A stretch of DNA of 55,453 bases. It comes from a virus. Taxonomy: Duplodnaviria; Caudoviricetes. A program made the position numbers and the translations under genes. Location of the stretch: the IMG/VR virus record IMGVR_UViG_3300034093_000080, positions 1 to 55,453 of that record; one strand, written 5' to 3'. Under the pieces are notes generated by a model. That model saw only the letters and a list, made by a program, of their open reading frames with translations. It was not told the origin of the DNA and did no database searches. Positions 36,155-43,994 of the stretch are shown piece after piece; positions within the stretch are counted from its first letter, which is position 1, and each line of letters begins with the position of its first letter.

Positions 36155-36360
36155 AAACACCAGAAGACGAAGCGTTTGATGAGTTGGAGAAATCCCTTGG
36201 CTGGCGCAAGCGGCAGATTGTCCAGCGTCAACTCACTGCTGAAGAAAACATCCTGCGCAACGAGACACTTGAAGAGGTGGCCGTTGAGTTCGATGGCATG
36301 AAATCTTTTGGCGATACAGCCGCATCCTTCGCGGTCTATGTGCGAGGACTCAAGCGATGA
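36151..36360 (+). CDS. Hypothetical protein
   Basis: ATGA-coupled. RNETLEEVA..F...FGDTAASFA motif. Confidence 0.6.
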   Translation: MKTPEDEAFDELEKSLGWRKRQIVQRQLTAEENILRNETLEEVAVEFDGMKSFGDTAASFAVYVRGLKR

Positions 36361-36503
36361 CCGATAAGCCTAAGACCTGTCAGGTGTGCCGCCTGCGACC
36401 AGCAGACAAGCAGGTGCGAACCAGCAAGGGCGCTCCGCAGTGGCGATGCCAGACCTGTCACGACCTCAAGAATCGTGGCGGTTTTACCAAGGGCAAGCAA
36501 TGA
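36357..36503 (+). CDS. Small Zn-ribbon protein (48 aa)
   Basis: MTDKPKTCQVC...WRCQTC. ATGA overlaps at both ends. Confidence 0.55.
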   Translation: MTDKPKTCQVCRLRPADKQVRTSKGAPQWRCQTCHDLKNRGGFTKGKQ

Positions 36504-36799
36504 CCACGCTCAAAGAAAAAAAGCACATGAGCGCGGTGGCCGAGTTGGGCTGTTCGGTCTGCCGCAGGATGGGGTATGAGGGCACGCCTGCTGAGTTGCA
36601 CCATCCAAGGCGATTGGCGGGGGGCTGGGGCCGTTCTAGCCACATGAGTGTCATACCGCTATGCCCAGAGCATCATCGCGGCTCTACGGGCCTGCACGGG
36701 CTGGGCACCAAGGGCTTCGAGAAACACTACGGCTATGACGAGGCCGCTCTGTTGGCCGACACCCTTAAATTGCTGGGTGTTGTAGAAACCCAACAATAA
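36500..36799 (+). CDS. Ref/DUF968-like HNH nuclease
   Basis: LGCSVC...AELHH...VIPLCPEHHRG...H. Confidence 0.75.
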   Translation: MTTLKEKKHMSAVAELGCSVCRRMGYEGTPAELHHPRRLAGGWGRSSHMSVIPLCPEHHRGSTGLHGLGTKGFEKHYGYDEAALLADTLKLLGVVETQQ

Positions 36800-36904
36800 A
36801 AAATATTTTTTCAAAAGAGTTGTAAAAGGTGAAATACTGAATTACACTACCATCACTGACCAAGCAATTGTTGCAAGGCAGAACCAGAGAACAGAAAGCG
36901 AATT
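36800..36904 (+). promoter_or_regulatory. Early promoter/leader element, copy 1
   Basis: A/T tract, TTGTAA, GTGAAATA(36829)-N6-TACACT(36843), leader hairpin, AGCGAA. Confidence 0.75.
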
Positions 36905-37237
36905 ATGAACAACGACATCAACTTCACATCAGTAGACACACTCGGCTCACTCTTGGCCCAGATCGCCGACTTGACCAAGCAAGCCGATGCAATCAAAGAC
37001 GACATCAAGGACAGCGCCAGCGCAGGCGGTGCAAAGGTTGTAGAGGGTGCTTTGTTTAAGGCCACCTACATCGAGAGCAACCGCTCAACCGTTGACTACA
37101 AAAAAGTCTTGGCCGTTCTTACTGCCTTGTTGCAAGAGCAAAACAAAGAAATCGATGCCAACAAAATTGTTGCTGGCTTGATTGCGTCAAGCACAAATAC
37201 CTCCGCTGTGTTCAGCGTGAAGGTCACCAGCAAATAA
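36905..37237 (+). CDS. Hypothetical early protein
   Basis: VDTLGSLLAQIADLTKQADAIKD coiled coil. Lies behind promoter copy 1. Confidence 0.65.
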   Translation: MNNDINFTSVDTLGSLLAQIADLTKQADAIKDDIKDSASAGGAKVVEGALFKATYIESNRSTVDYKKVLAVLTALLQEQNKEIDANKIVAGLIASSTNTSAVFSVKVTSK

Positions 37238-37243
37238 ACCAAC

Positions 37244-37257
37244 GGGGCTTCGGCCCC
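37244..37257 (+). terminator. GGGGC-TTCG-GCCCC hairpin
   Basis: Immediately after the stop codon. No U-tract. Confidence 0.55.
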
Positions 37258-37283
37258 ATAACCAAAACGAAAGCGAATCGGAT

Positions 37284-37487
37284 ATGAACGACCCTAAAAT
37301 TTATTTGAGTTACAGCGAACGCGGTTGGATTTTGATCAACCAAGGTTCACCATTGTGCGACTACAAAAAGACCAAGGCCGAGGTCATGGAGGTTGTGAAA
37401 TTCTTCAAGATCACATTGCCAGACTGCACATGGAATGGCGACCGTGGTGAGTTTGTTGTTACAGACACAATCGAGGAAACAGCATGA
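37284..37487 (+). CDS. Hypothetical protein
   Basis: ORF with AGCGAA leader, coupled to the next gene. Confidence 0.55.
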   Translation: MNDPKIYLSYSERGWILINQGSPLCDYKKTKAEVMEVVKFFKITLPDCTWNGDRGEFVVTDTIEETA

Positions 37488-37987
37488 TCGATCAATTCGA
37501 TATGTTCGATGGTGAGGGCGCGTTCTTAGGCAAGATGCGCCACCACTGGAACAAGGCCATTGAGAGCGAGGGCGCGTTTTGCCCTTGCTGTGGCAAGTGG
37601 GGCAAGGTCTACAAAACTAAGATGAGCCAGCACCTTGCGCTATGCCTGCGATGGATCAGCACGCATGGTGATTCTGATGGCTGGGCCGATGTGCAGAATA
37701 CGGCACCACGGTTCATGCTCAAGAGCAAGACCTACACCCTGCTGGAGCATTGGGACTTGATCGAGTCAAAGTCAAACCGCTCTGGCATCTGGCGTGCAAC
37801 GCTGAAGGGCCAAGACTTTGTCAGCGGCCAGATCAGCCTGCCCTCCGCCGTTCACATCTACGACAACAGGGTGTGGGGTTTTGAGGATGAAGAGGTTTCT
37901 TTTCGAGGTTGCTTTGGAAAGCACTTTGACTTTGACGAGATGATGTCTGACCAATTTAAATGGGCCAACCTTCAGGAGAAAAAATAA
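37484..37987 (+). CDS. Hypothetical protein with CPCC Zn motif and winged-helix-like region
   Basis: FCPCCGKWGKVYK...LEHWDLIE...SGIWRATLKG. Confidence 0.6.
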   Translation: MIDQFDMFDGEGAFLGKMRHHWNKAIESEGAFCPCCGKWGKVYKTKMSQHLALCLRWISTHGDSDGWADVQNTAPRFMLKSKTYTLLEHWDLIESKSNRSGIWRATLKGQDFVSGQISLPSAVHIYDNRVWGFEDEEVSFRGCFGKHFDFDEMMSDQFKWANLQEKK

Positions 37988-38145
37988 TGAGTGAGACCAC
38001 TATGAGCGAATACATCAAAGGCTTTGACGCAGGCTACGGCTATGTCCTGCAAGAGGTCGAGAACTACATCAAGCAATACCCAGACAACAAGTTTGCACTG
38101 GCAGAGTTGTTGGCGCATCTCAAGATGGAGGGCAAGCCAGAATGA
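37987..38145 (+). CDS. Small hypothetical protein
   Basis: EYIKGFDAG motif. AGGAG RBS. Confidence 0.55.
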   Translation: MSETTMSEYIKGFDAGYGYVLQEVENYIKQYPDNKFALAELLAHLKMEGKPE

Positions 38146-38384
38146 CCGACCTGTTTGGACATGAAGAGTTCGACTGGCGCAAAGAGTGGCAGGGTATGCC
38201 AGAGTTCTTTCAAGAGGACTTGATGCCACAGCGCGTGATCAATTTGCGCTTCCGATGTGAGGAGGATGTGCAGGAGTTTGCCAAGTTGATCAAGCAGACA
38301 ATCACACCCAAGCAGAAGGCGCTCTGGTTCCCCTTCGCTGAGTTCCGCAGGGCCGCGCATTTGAGGTGGGTTGATGAACCCTAA
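38142..38384 (+). CDS. Small partner protein of the glycosyltransferase-like gene
   Basis: EWQGMPEFFQED...F..EEDVQEFAKLIKQTITPK..ALWFP. Overlaps the next gene. Confidence 0.65.
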   Translation: MTDLFGHEEFDWRKEWQGMPEFFQEDLMPQRVINLRFRCEEDVQEFAKLIKQTITPKQKALWFPFAEFRRAAHLRWVDEP

Positions 38385-39249
38385 GTACCCTGTCTACATT
38401 GTGTCTAAGGGCCGCTGGGAAACGCGGCTGACAAGCAAAGCATTGGAGCGCATCAATGTGCCCTACTACATCGTGGTGGAGGAGCATGAGCGCGACCAGT
38501 ATGCGGCGGTGATCGACCCGCAGAAGGTGCTAGTTTTGCCAGCAGGGTATCTGTGGAATTACGACACCTGCGACGAGGTGGGCGAGGCACGCGGCAAAGG
38601 CCCCGGGGCCGCTCGGAACTTCTGCTGGGATCACTCCATGAGCCTCGGCCATGCTAGGCACTGGGTCATGGACGACAACATCGCCTCCTTCAACAGGCTC
38701 AATCGCAACCTCATGGTCAAGGTCACATCGGGCACCATTTTCAAAGTCACTGAGGATTTCGTTGACCGCTACGCCAACATCGCCATCGCTGGTTTCAACT
38801 ACGATTTTTTTGCCAAGGCCAAAGAGCCTCTGCCTGCGTTTGTAATGAACACCCGCATCTACTCCTGCCTGCTCATTGACAACAGCCTGCCAATGCGCTG
38901 GAGAGGCCGCTACAACGAGGATACAGACCTGTCCCTGCGCGTGCTGAAGGCCAGATACTGCACGGTGCAGTTCAACGCATTCCTGCAAGAGAAGGCCACC
39001 ACCCAGACCATGAAGGGCGGCAACACCGACGAGTTCTATGCCAAAGAGGGAACCTTGCCCAAGTCAGAGATGCTCCAGCGCCTGCACCCTGATGTGGCCG
39101 AGGTGGTCTGGCGGTTCAATCGTTGGCATCACCATGTGGACTACACACCCTTCAAGCGCAACCCACTGATCCGCAGGGACTGGGTGGCCGTCCCAGAGGG
39201 AGTCAACGACTACGGCATGGTGCTGAAAGACATTAGGGAAAATACTTAG
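38374..39249 (+). CDS. TAGT/GREB1-like glycosyltransferase (GT-A fold), putative DNA-modifying
   Basis: YPVYIVSKGR, ARNFCWD, HWVMDDNI (metal-binding DD), RIYSCLLI, RYNEDTDLSLR, MKGGNT. Confidence 0.7.
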   Translation: MNPKYPVYIVSKGRWETRLTSKALERINVPYYIVVEEHERDQYAAVIDPQKVLVLPAGYLWNYDTCDEVGEARGKGPGAARNFCWDHSMSLGHARHWVMDDNIASFNRLNRNLMVKVTSGTIFKVTEDFVDRYANIAIAGFNYDFFAKAKEPLPAFVMNTRIYSCLLIDNSLPMRWRGRYNEDTDLSLRVLKARYCTVQFNAFLQEKATTQTMKGGNTDEFYAKEGTLPKSEMLQRLHPDVAEVVWRFNRWHHHVDYTPFKRNPLIRRDWVAVPEGVNDYGMVLKDIRENT

Positions 39250-39339
39250 AAAATAAATTGATAAAGTGCCTGCATAGTGAAATATGGTGTTACACTTGCA
39301 TCACTGCAATAAGCAGGTAACAGCGAATCAGGAGCGAAT
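39234..39339 (+). promoter_or_regulatory. Early promoter/leader element, copy 2
   Basis: TAGGGAAAATACTTA, A-tract, GTGAAATA(39277)-N6-TACACT(39291), two AGCGAA. Confidence 0.75.
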
Positions 39340-40218
39340 ATGAACACAGCATCAAACCCCTTCAGCGACATGGAAGACGACTTGGACTTTGGCGCACCAG
39401 CCAAGGCCACAACCTTCGAGGTGGCTTACTTCGAGCAAGAGTGCCCTAAGTGCAGAGGCACTGGCCGCGTCACCTTCGGTTATGTCCATGTTCGCTCTGG
39501 CGAATGCTTTGCTTGCAAGGGCAAGGGCAAGATGACTTTCAAGACCAGCCCAGCCACACGCGCCAAGGCCAAGGCCAGCGCACAGCGCCGCGTTACTGCC
39601 AAGGCTGATGCACAAGCCACTAAGGTTGCCGAGTGGAAAGAAGCCAATCCAGCCGAGGCCGCATGGATGGAGTCCAGCGCACCGCGTTTTGAGTTTGCCA
39701 AGTCTATGCTTGACGCGCTCACCAAGTTCGGTCACCTCACAGAGCGTCAGATGGAAACCGTCCAGCGCCTGACGGTGCAGGATGCAGAGCGCCAAGCCGC
39801 TCGTGCTACAGAGCAAGCCGCCCGCGCTCAGTCAGCCCCAGTGGTAACCGTCGAGGCTATCGAGGTGGCATTCAACAACGCCAAAGAAGCAGGCGTGAAG
39901 CGCCCTAAGTTACGCCTCGACACATTTGTGTTTAGCCCTGCTGGCGAGACAAGCGCAAACGCTGGTGCCATCTACATCAAAAACAAAGAAGACGGCCTGT
40001 ACTTGGGCAAGGTTATGGGTGGTCGCCTGTTCACATCACGCGACTGCACCACAGAGGCCGCAGAACGCATCGTGGCGGTCTCCAGCGACCCAGCGCAAGC
40101 CGCCATAGCCTACGGCCAGAAATTCGGTGCCTGCTCGGTCTGTGGCCGTGCGTTGACTGACAGTGACAGCATCGCTCGTGGCATTGGCCCCATCTGCGCA
40201 GAGAACTACGGGTTCTAA
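39340..40218 (+). CDS. Zinc-finger protein (DnaJ-like CxxCxGxG pair + C-terminal DUF6011-like ribbon)
   Basis: CPKCRGTG, CFACKGKG, CSVCGRALTDSDSIARGIGPICA. Confidence 0.75.
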   Translation: MNTASNPFSDMEDDLDFGAPAKATTFEVAYFEQECPKCRGTGRVTFGYVHVRSGECFACKGKGKMTFKTSPATRAKAKASAQRRVTAKADAQATKVAEWKEANPAEAAWMESSAPRFEFAKSMLDALTKFGHLTERQMETVQRLTVQDAERQAARATEQAARAQSAPVVTVEAIEVAFNNAKEAGVKRPKLRLDTFVFSPAGETSANAGAIYIKNKEDGLYLGKVMGGRLFTSRDCTTEAAERIVAVSSDPAQAAIAYGQKFGACSVCGRALTDSDSIARGIGPICAENYGF

Positions 40219-40332
40219 GGGTAAGTCCTTACAAAATAATTTGTGAGGGGCTTGTACAGACCTCACAAGTTAATGTTATACTTTCACCAACAACAGCAAT
40301 AGTGCAGTTGTCTAACAGCGAAGGAAAGCGAA
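40217..40332 (+). promoter_or_regulatory. Early promoter/leader element, variant copy 3
   Basis: AGGGTAAGTCCTTA, A-tract, inverted repeat TTGTGAGG/CCTCACAA, extended -10 TGtTATACT (40274-40282), two AGCGAA. Confidence 0.7.
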
Positions 40333-40521
40333 ATGACAAACACAACATGGACTCGTAAATTGGGATCACACATCATTGGTAGTGGTGATGTGCGCGGTGA
40401 GGTTTACTTTGACGGCACAGAGTACAGCGCATATGCGCAGACTAGCACTGACTCTGCTTATGAGAACTTCAAGTCTTTGGCCCAAGCAAAACGCTGGGTT
40501 CAAAAATTCTTGTCAATCTAA
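40333..40521 (+). CDS. Small hypothetical early protein
   Basis: FKSLAQAKRWV motif. Lies behind a promoter. Confidence 0.6.
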   Translation: MTNTTWTRKLGSHIIGSGDVRGEVYFDGTEYSAYAQTSTDSAYENFKSLAQAKRWVQKFLSI

Positions 40522-40538
40522 AAGCGAAGGAAAAAAAA

Positions 40539-40778
40539 ATGAAATACCTATCAGATGCAATGGCCCAGAAGCGCAACGAGAACGACGCTTTTGAGGCGCG
40601 TCATGCCAAAGCAAATGCCGCACGCGCCAAGCGCATTGCCAAGTTCACACCACGCACAGACCTGCACCCAGCAGTGGGAGTGCTGATGAGCGCCAAGGGT
40701 GTGACCTACTACGCGTTCGTTGGTGGCGTGTACCGCGAAGGTTCGCCAGAGCATCTGGCTTCATTGTTAACAGCGTAA
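40539..40778 (+). CDS. Hypothetical early protein
   Basis: ORF with AGCGAAGG leader. Confidence 0.55.
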   Translation: MKYLSDAMAQKRNENDAFEARHAKANAARAKRIAKFTPRTDLHPAVGVLMSAKGVTYYAFVGGVYREGSPEHLASLLTA

Positions 40779-40789
40779 GGAGAATCAAA

Positions 40790-41062
40790 ATGAGAGCATC
40801 AACAGTAGACCGCACCTTTCAGGATGTCGTATCTTTTGACAACGGCGAGACCGTGCAGGATGTGACCGTGGGTTACAACTACATTCCAGCGGAACTGAAT
40901 TACCCCTATGCCCCAGATTACGCCGAAGAGTTCGAGGTGTTTGTGTTTGACGACTACAGCAAAGACATCACGGTGGATGTGCCAAGGGACGAGTACGAGC
41001 GGCTGGTGGAGGAGGTCAAGGCCGACCGCAGGCAGGTTTTGAAGGATGCCAGCGAATACTAG
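40790..41062 (+). CDS. Acidic hypothetical protein
   Basis: AAGGAG RBS. Confidence 0.6.
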   Translation: MRASTVDRTFQDVVSFDNGETVQDVTVGYNYIPAELNYPYAPDYAEEFEVFVFDDYSKDITVDVPRDEYERLVEEVKADRRQVLKDASEY

Positions 41063-41177
41063 GGTTTGTCCTGATAAAAATATTTAAAAAAAGTGTTGCC
41101 AAGTGAAATAATCGGTTACACTTACAGCACTGACACAGCAAACCTGCATAGTCAGCCAAAAGAGAAGGAACAGCGAA
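41060..41177 (+). promoter_or_regulatory. Early promoter/leader element, copy 4
   Basis: TAGGGTTTGTCCTGA, A-tract, GTGAAATA(41103)-N6-TACACT(41117), CTGAC..GTCAG hairpin, AGCGAA. Confidence 0.75.
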
Positions 41178-41669
41178 ATGAACACAGAACTCAAAAACGA
41201 ATTGGTAGCAGAATTCAAAGCCCAAATTATTTCCAGCGTGAAATTTCAATTCAACCGCTTGCATGAAATCTTTGGCCCAACATTCCGTGGCGTGTACAAC
41301 AGCAAGCATTACAGCCTCTGGTCTTTGACAGTGCGCCCATGCACAAAGCGCCTTGGTGACCGTATGAACGACGAGATCGTTTTGTGCGAAGACAACACCA
41401 ATGAGTACGCTCAAGATCAGGCCGAGTTGTTTGCAGACGAGTTGATCGCCAAAGTGAACGCCAAGGCTGGTGAGTTGACAGACAGCAAAGTGCTTCGCAT
41501 CAGCGGCGCAAACTTCCGCATCACTGGCATGAAGGGTGACAAAAAAGTGATGATTGAGCAAAACCAAATCATCAATGTGTCAGTCAAGGGCAAATTGTTC
41601 AACCAGTTCCCTGCACGCATCTATGTTGACGGCAAGTTCATTTCAGCCGCCGCCTTCAAGAAAATCTAA
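41178..41669 (+). CDS. Hypothetical early protein
   Basis: 163 aa, with IINVSVKGKLFNQFPARI motif. Confidence 0.65.
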   Translation: MNTELKNELVAEFKAQIISSVKFQFNRLHEIFGPTFRGVYNSKHYSLWSLTVRPCTKRLGDRMNDEIVLCEDNTNEYAQDQAELFADELIAKVNAKAGELTDSKVLRISGANFRITGMKGDKKVMIEQNQIINVSVKGKLFNQFPARIYVDGKFISAAAFKKI

Positions 41670-41674
41670 ACCAC

Positions 41675-41692
41675 TGGGGGCTACGGCCCCCA
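41675..41692 (+). terminator. TGGGGGC-TACG-GCCCCCA hairpin
   Basis: After the stop codon. UNCG-type loop. Confidence 0.6.
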
Positions 41693-41693
41693 T

Positions 41694-41811
41694 TAGGGAA
41701 AGCACCTAGAAAATAATTTAGAAAAGTATTGTCAAGGTGAAATACAGTGTTACACTTGCATCACTGACACAGCAATTCCGCATAGTCAGTTAATAGCGAA
41801 AGAAAAGCGAA
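41694..41811 (+). promoter_or_regulatory. Early promoter/leader element, copy 5
   Basis: TAGGGAAAGCACCTA, TTGTCA, GTGAAATA(41737)-N6-TACACT(41751), CTGAC..GTCAG hairpin, two AGCGAA. Confidence 0.78.
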
Positions 41812-42048
41812 ATGACATACACAACAACAACCCGTAAAGAGCAGAGCGCAATCGTTGACTTTGTCTTGACAGCCAATGGCAACGGCATCACCAACATCTG
41901 GGCTTGCCTGCCTAAGACCCACCAGTTGGTTGTGACCAACCAAGTAGGTCAAATCCGCAAGGCCAAGGATTCTCTGGCCGAGGGCTGGGATGAGTTAGGC
42001 AACCGTGTGGTTTTGACCACTGACTTGCGTGTTATTCAACAGTGTTAA
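41812..42048 (+). CDS. Hypothetical early protein
   Basis: ORF behind promoter copy 5. Confidence 0.55.
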   Translation: MTYTTTTRKEQSAIVDFVLTANGNGITNIWACLPKTHQLVVTNQVGQIRKAKDSLAEGWDELGNRVVLTTDLRVIQQC

Positions 42049-42071
42049 TCAACAGAGAAGGAAACAGCGAA

Positions 42072-42341
42072 ATGAAAAAATCTATCAAACTCAAAGACAT
42101 CTACGCAGGCCAATTGGTGGTCACCAGCGACAGCCCAGAAGCGCAAGTGCGCACAGTAGAGAGCGTCGAGGGCTTCATGGTTACACTGACTTGGTACGAG
42201 GGCACCAGCCAGTGCATCCAAGGCGTGGACTACTCACTGCTGGGTGTGCCTACATTGGCCCAGATCGAGTACAGCATCAGCAACTATGGTCGCCTCGCGA
42301 ACATGGAAGATGTCAAGGATGTGAGTCTGCTCATCGGCTAA
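42072..42341 (+). CDS. Hypothetical early protein
   Basis: AAGGA...AGCGAA leader before ATG 42072. Confidence 0.6.
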   Translation: MKKSIKLKDIYAGQLVVTSDSPEAQVRTVESVEGFMVTLTWYEGTSQCIQGVDYSLLGVPTLAQIEYSISNYGRLANMEDVKDVSLLIG

Positions 42342-42348
42342 ACCAACA

Positions 42349-42364
42349 GGGGGCTTCGGCCCCC
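42349..42364 (+). terminator. GGGGGC-TTCG-GCCCCC hairpin
   Basis: After the stop codon. No U-tract. Confidence 0.55.
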
Positions 42365-42401
42365 ACTACCGAATCAATAACCAACTGAAAGCGAATCGAT
42401 T

Positions 42402-42596
42402 ATGACAAACGAAATTGAAGTGACAGTAAAGACCGAGCATGGTGTGCGCGTGTCTGTCTCCGAGTGGGACGACGGTGGTGCGTGGATGCACCTGCAAGGC
42501 CGCAACGCCAGCATGAGTACAGTGCTGACTCGTGACGAGGCCCAGCAGTTGTTGGCTGGCCTGCAAGCCATCTTGGCAAAAGAGGTGACAGTATGA
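42402..42596 (+). CDS. Hypothetical protein
   Basis: AGCGAA leader. LTRDEAQQLLAGL motif. Confidence 0.6.
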   Translation: MTNEIEVTVKTEHGVRVSVSEWDDGGAWMHLQGRNASMSTVLTRDEAQQLLAGLQAILAKEVTV

Positions 42597-42729
42597 GACA
42601 AACACAACTTGAGTTCTACATCAAGGCGTATGAACTTGAACACGAGTTATTAAAAAAAGCGGCTTTGAGAAACGAAGAACTTATGTCGATCATAAGAATG
42701 CTGGTAGAGCAACTTGAGGAGAAAAACAA

Positions 42730-43008
42730 ATGAACCGACAGCAGATCGAAGAGTTCATGGGCGAACTCAGCATTGGTCGAGTCATCCGCAAATTGCCATC
42801 CGAGGACAGGAAGCGCGTGTTCCAGCAGTTGGTTGAGACAGCACCAGAATTCTCGGCCAAGCAGTTTCAAATGTTTGGCCTGAAGGGATCGTTCGGGCTG
42901 AGTGACCAGCACCGCATGAATATCTCAGCAGGCATCAGAAGATCATTGGAAAAAAGAATGAAGGCAAAACAAGCAAAGGCACAACGATATGAACAAACAG
43001 GAGATTGA
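42730..43008 (+). CDS. Hypothetical basic protein
   Basis: GAGGAG RBS. Confidence 0.55.
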   Translation: MNRQQIEEFMGELSIGRVIRKLPSEDRKRVFQQLVETAPEFSAKQFQMFGLKGSFGLSDQHRMNISAGIRRSLEKRMKAKQAKAQRYEQTGD

Positions 43009-43207
43009 CGACATGATGAAAGACCTTCCAAGCCAACAATTACCCGAGGAGACCGTGTTGCAAAAGTTAATTATTGGTATAATCTTTATTGCGTTTTTGA
43101 TGTTCTGGATGTGGGTGCCAGACTTCACGCTGGATGAGGAAGACTGCATGAAGCAGGTGTCCAGCGCGTATGTCAAGAACCTATGTAGCGAATCGCAACC
43201 GAAATAA
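42989..43207 (+). CDS. Small single-TM protein
   Basis: LIIGIIFIAFLMFWMWV hydrophobic segment. Confidence 0.55.
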   Translation: MNKQEIDDMMKDLPSQQLPEETVLQKLIIGIIFIAFLMFWMWVPDFTLDEEDCMKQVSSAYVKNLCSESQPK

Positions 43208-43213
43208 AACCGA

Positions 43214-43345
43214 GTCGGTTCTTGGCCCCAAAGGCCGAGGCCGACAACATCTTCAGATCAGATTGGTCGTTGATGTAGGTGAGACAAGGCAATGGCCTTG
43301 ATTGGTATTCCTATGCCCAAAGCATAGACTGGCGAACCCAAAGCG
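43214..43345 (+). other. Multi-hairpin structured intergenic element upstream of terS
   Basis: Four consecutive stems (43214-43245, 43247-43276, 43285-43300, 43311-43327). CCCAAAG occurs three times. Confidence 0.45.
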
Positions 43346-43391
43346 AATCGATTACACTGCGATCAATTCGACACTATGGGGAATATGGGTC

Positions 43392-43994
43392 ATGCCAGAA
43401 ACACCGAAGGGGCCAAAGAGGCCCGCAAAGAACACTAGAGCGGCACAGGAGGCCGCGAAAGCCATTGGGAAGGCCAAGGTAGCCGCAAAGGCCACGAAGG
43501 CTTCTACGCCCGCAAAAACAGGCAGGCCAACAAAGTACAACCAAGAGACAGCAGACTTCATATGCATGATGCTAAGTGAGGGGATGAGTCTAAGGCAGAT
43601 ACTGAAGGCTGACACTGCTGGGAGACTTCCAGCGCAGTCTACGGTTTATGAGTGGTTGATTCGCCACGCCGTCTTTGCGGAGCAATACGCACGCGCTCGT
43701 GAGGAGCAGGCCGACACCAACGCCGACGAGATCATCGACATTGCCGACGAGCATCCTCCTGAGTACACCGATAAGGACGGTCGGACTTATCTTGACCAAA
43801 CCTACATTGCTTGGCAGAAGAACCGCATCGAGGCCCGTAAGTGGACGGCCATGAAACTCAAGCCAAAGAAGTACGGCGACAAGTTGGGCCTGCACGGCGT
43901 CGAGGGTGCCGCGCCCATTGCGACGCAGGATGCGACGGCCAGCAAGTTCGAGGAGATCATCCGCAACATGGAGATGACCAAGCGTGCTGGCTGA
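43392..43994 (+). CDS. terS: Terminase small subunit (Sf6/P22-like)
   Basis: GRPTKY...IC..LSEGMSLRQI...P..STVYEWL...F.EQYARAREEQAD...RIEARKW...KLKPKKYGDK. Confidence 0.88.
   Translation: MPETPKGPKRPAKNTRAAQEAAKAIGKAKVAAKATKASTPAKTGRPTKYNQETADFICMMLSEGMSLRQILKADTAGRLPAQSTVYEWLIRHAVFAEQYARAREEQADTNADEIIDIADEHPPEYTDKDGRTYLDQTYIAWQKNRIEARKWTAMKLKPKKYGDKLGLHGVEGAAPIATQDATASKFEEIIRNMEMTKRAG

Noticed and set aside
43208-43390. tRNA gene in the structured intergenic region
   Set aside because: No cloverleaf with a T-loop GTTCRA and acceptor stem could be built. The region is kept only as an unexplained structured element.
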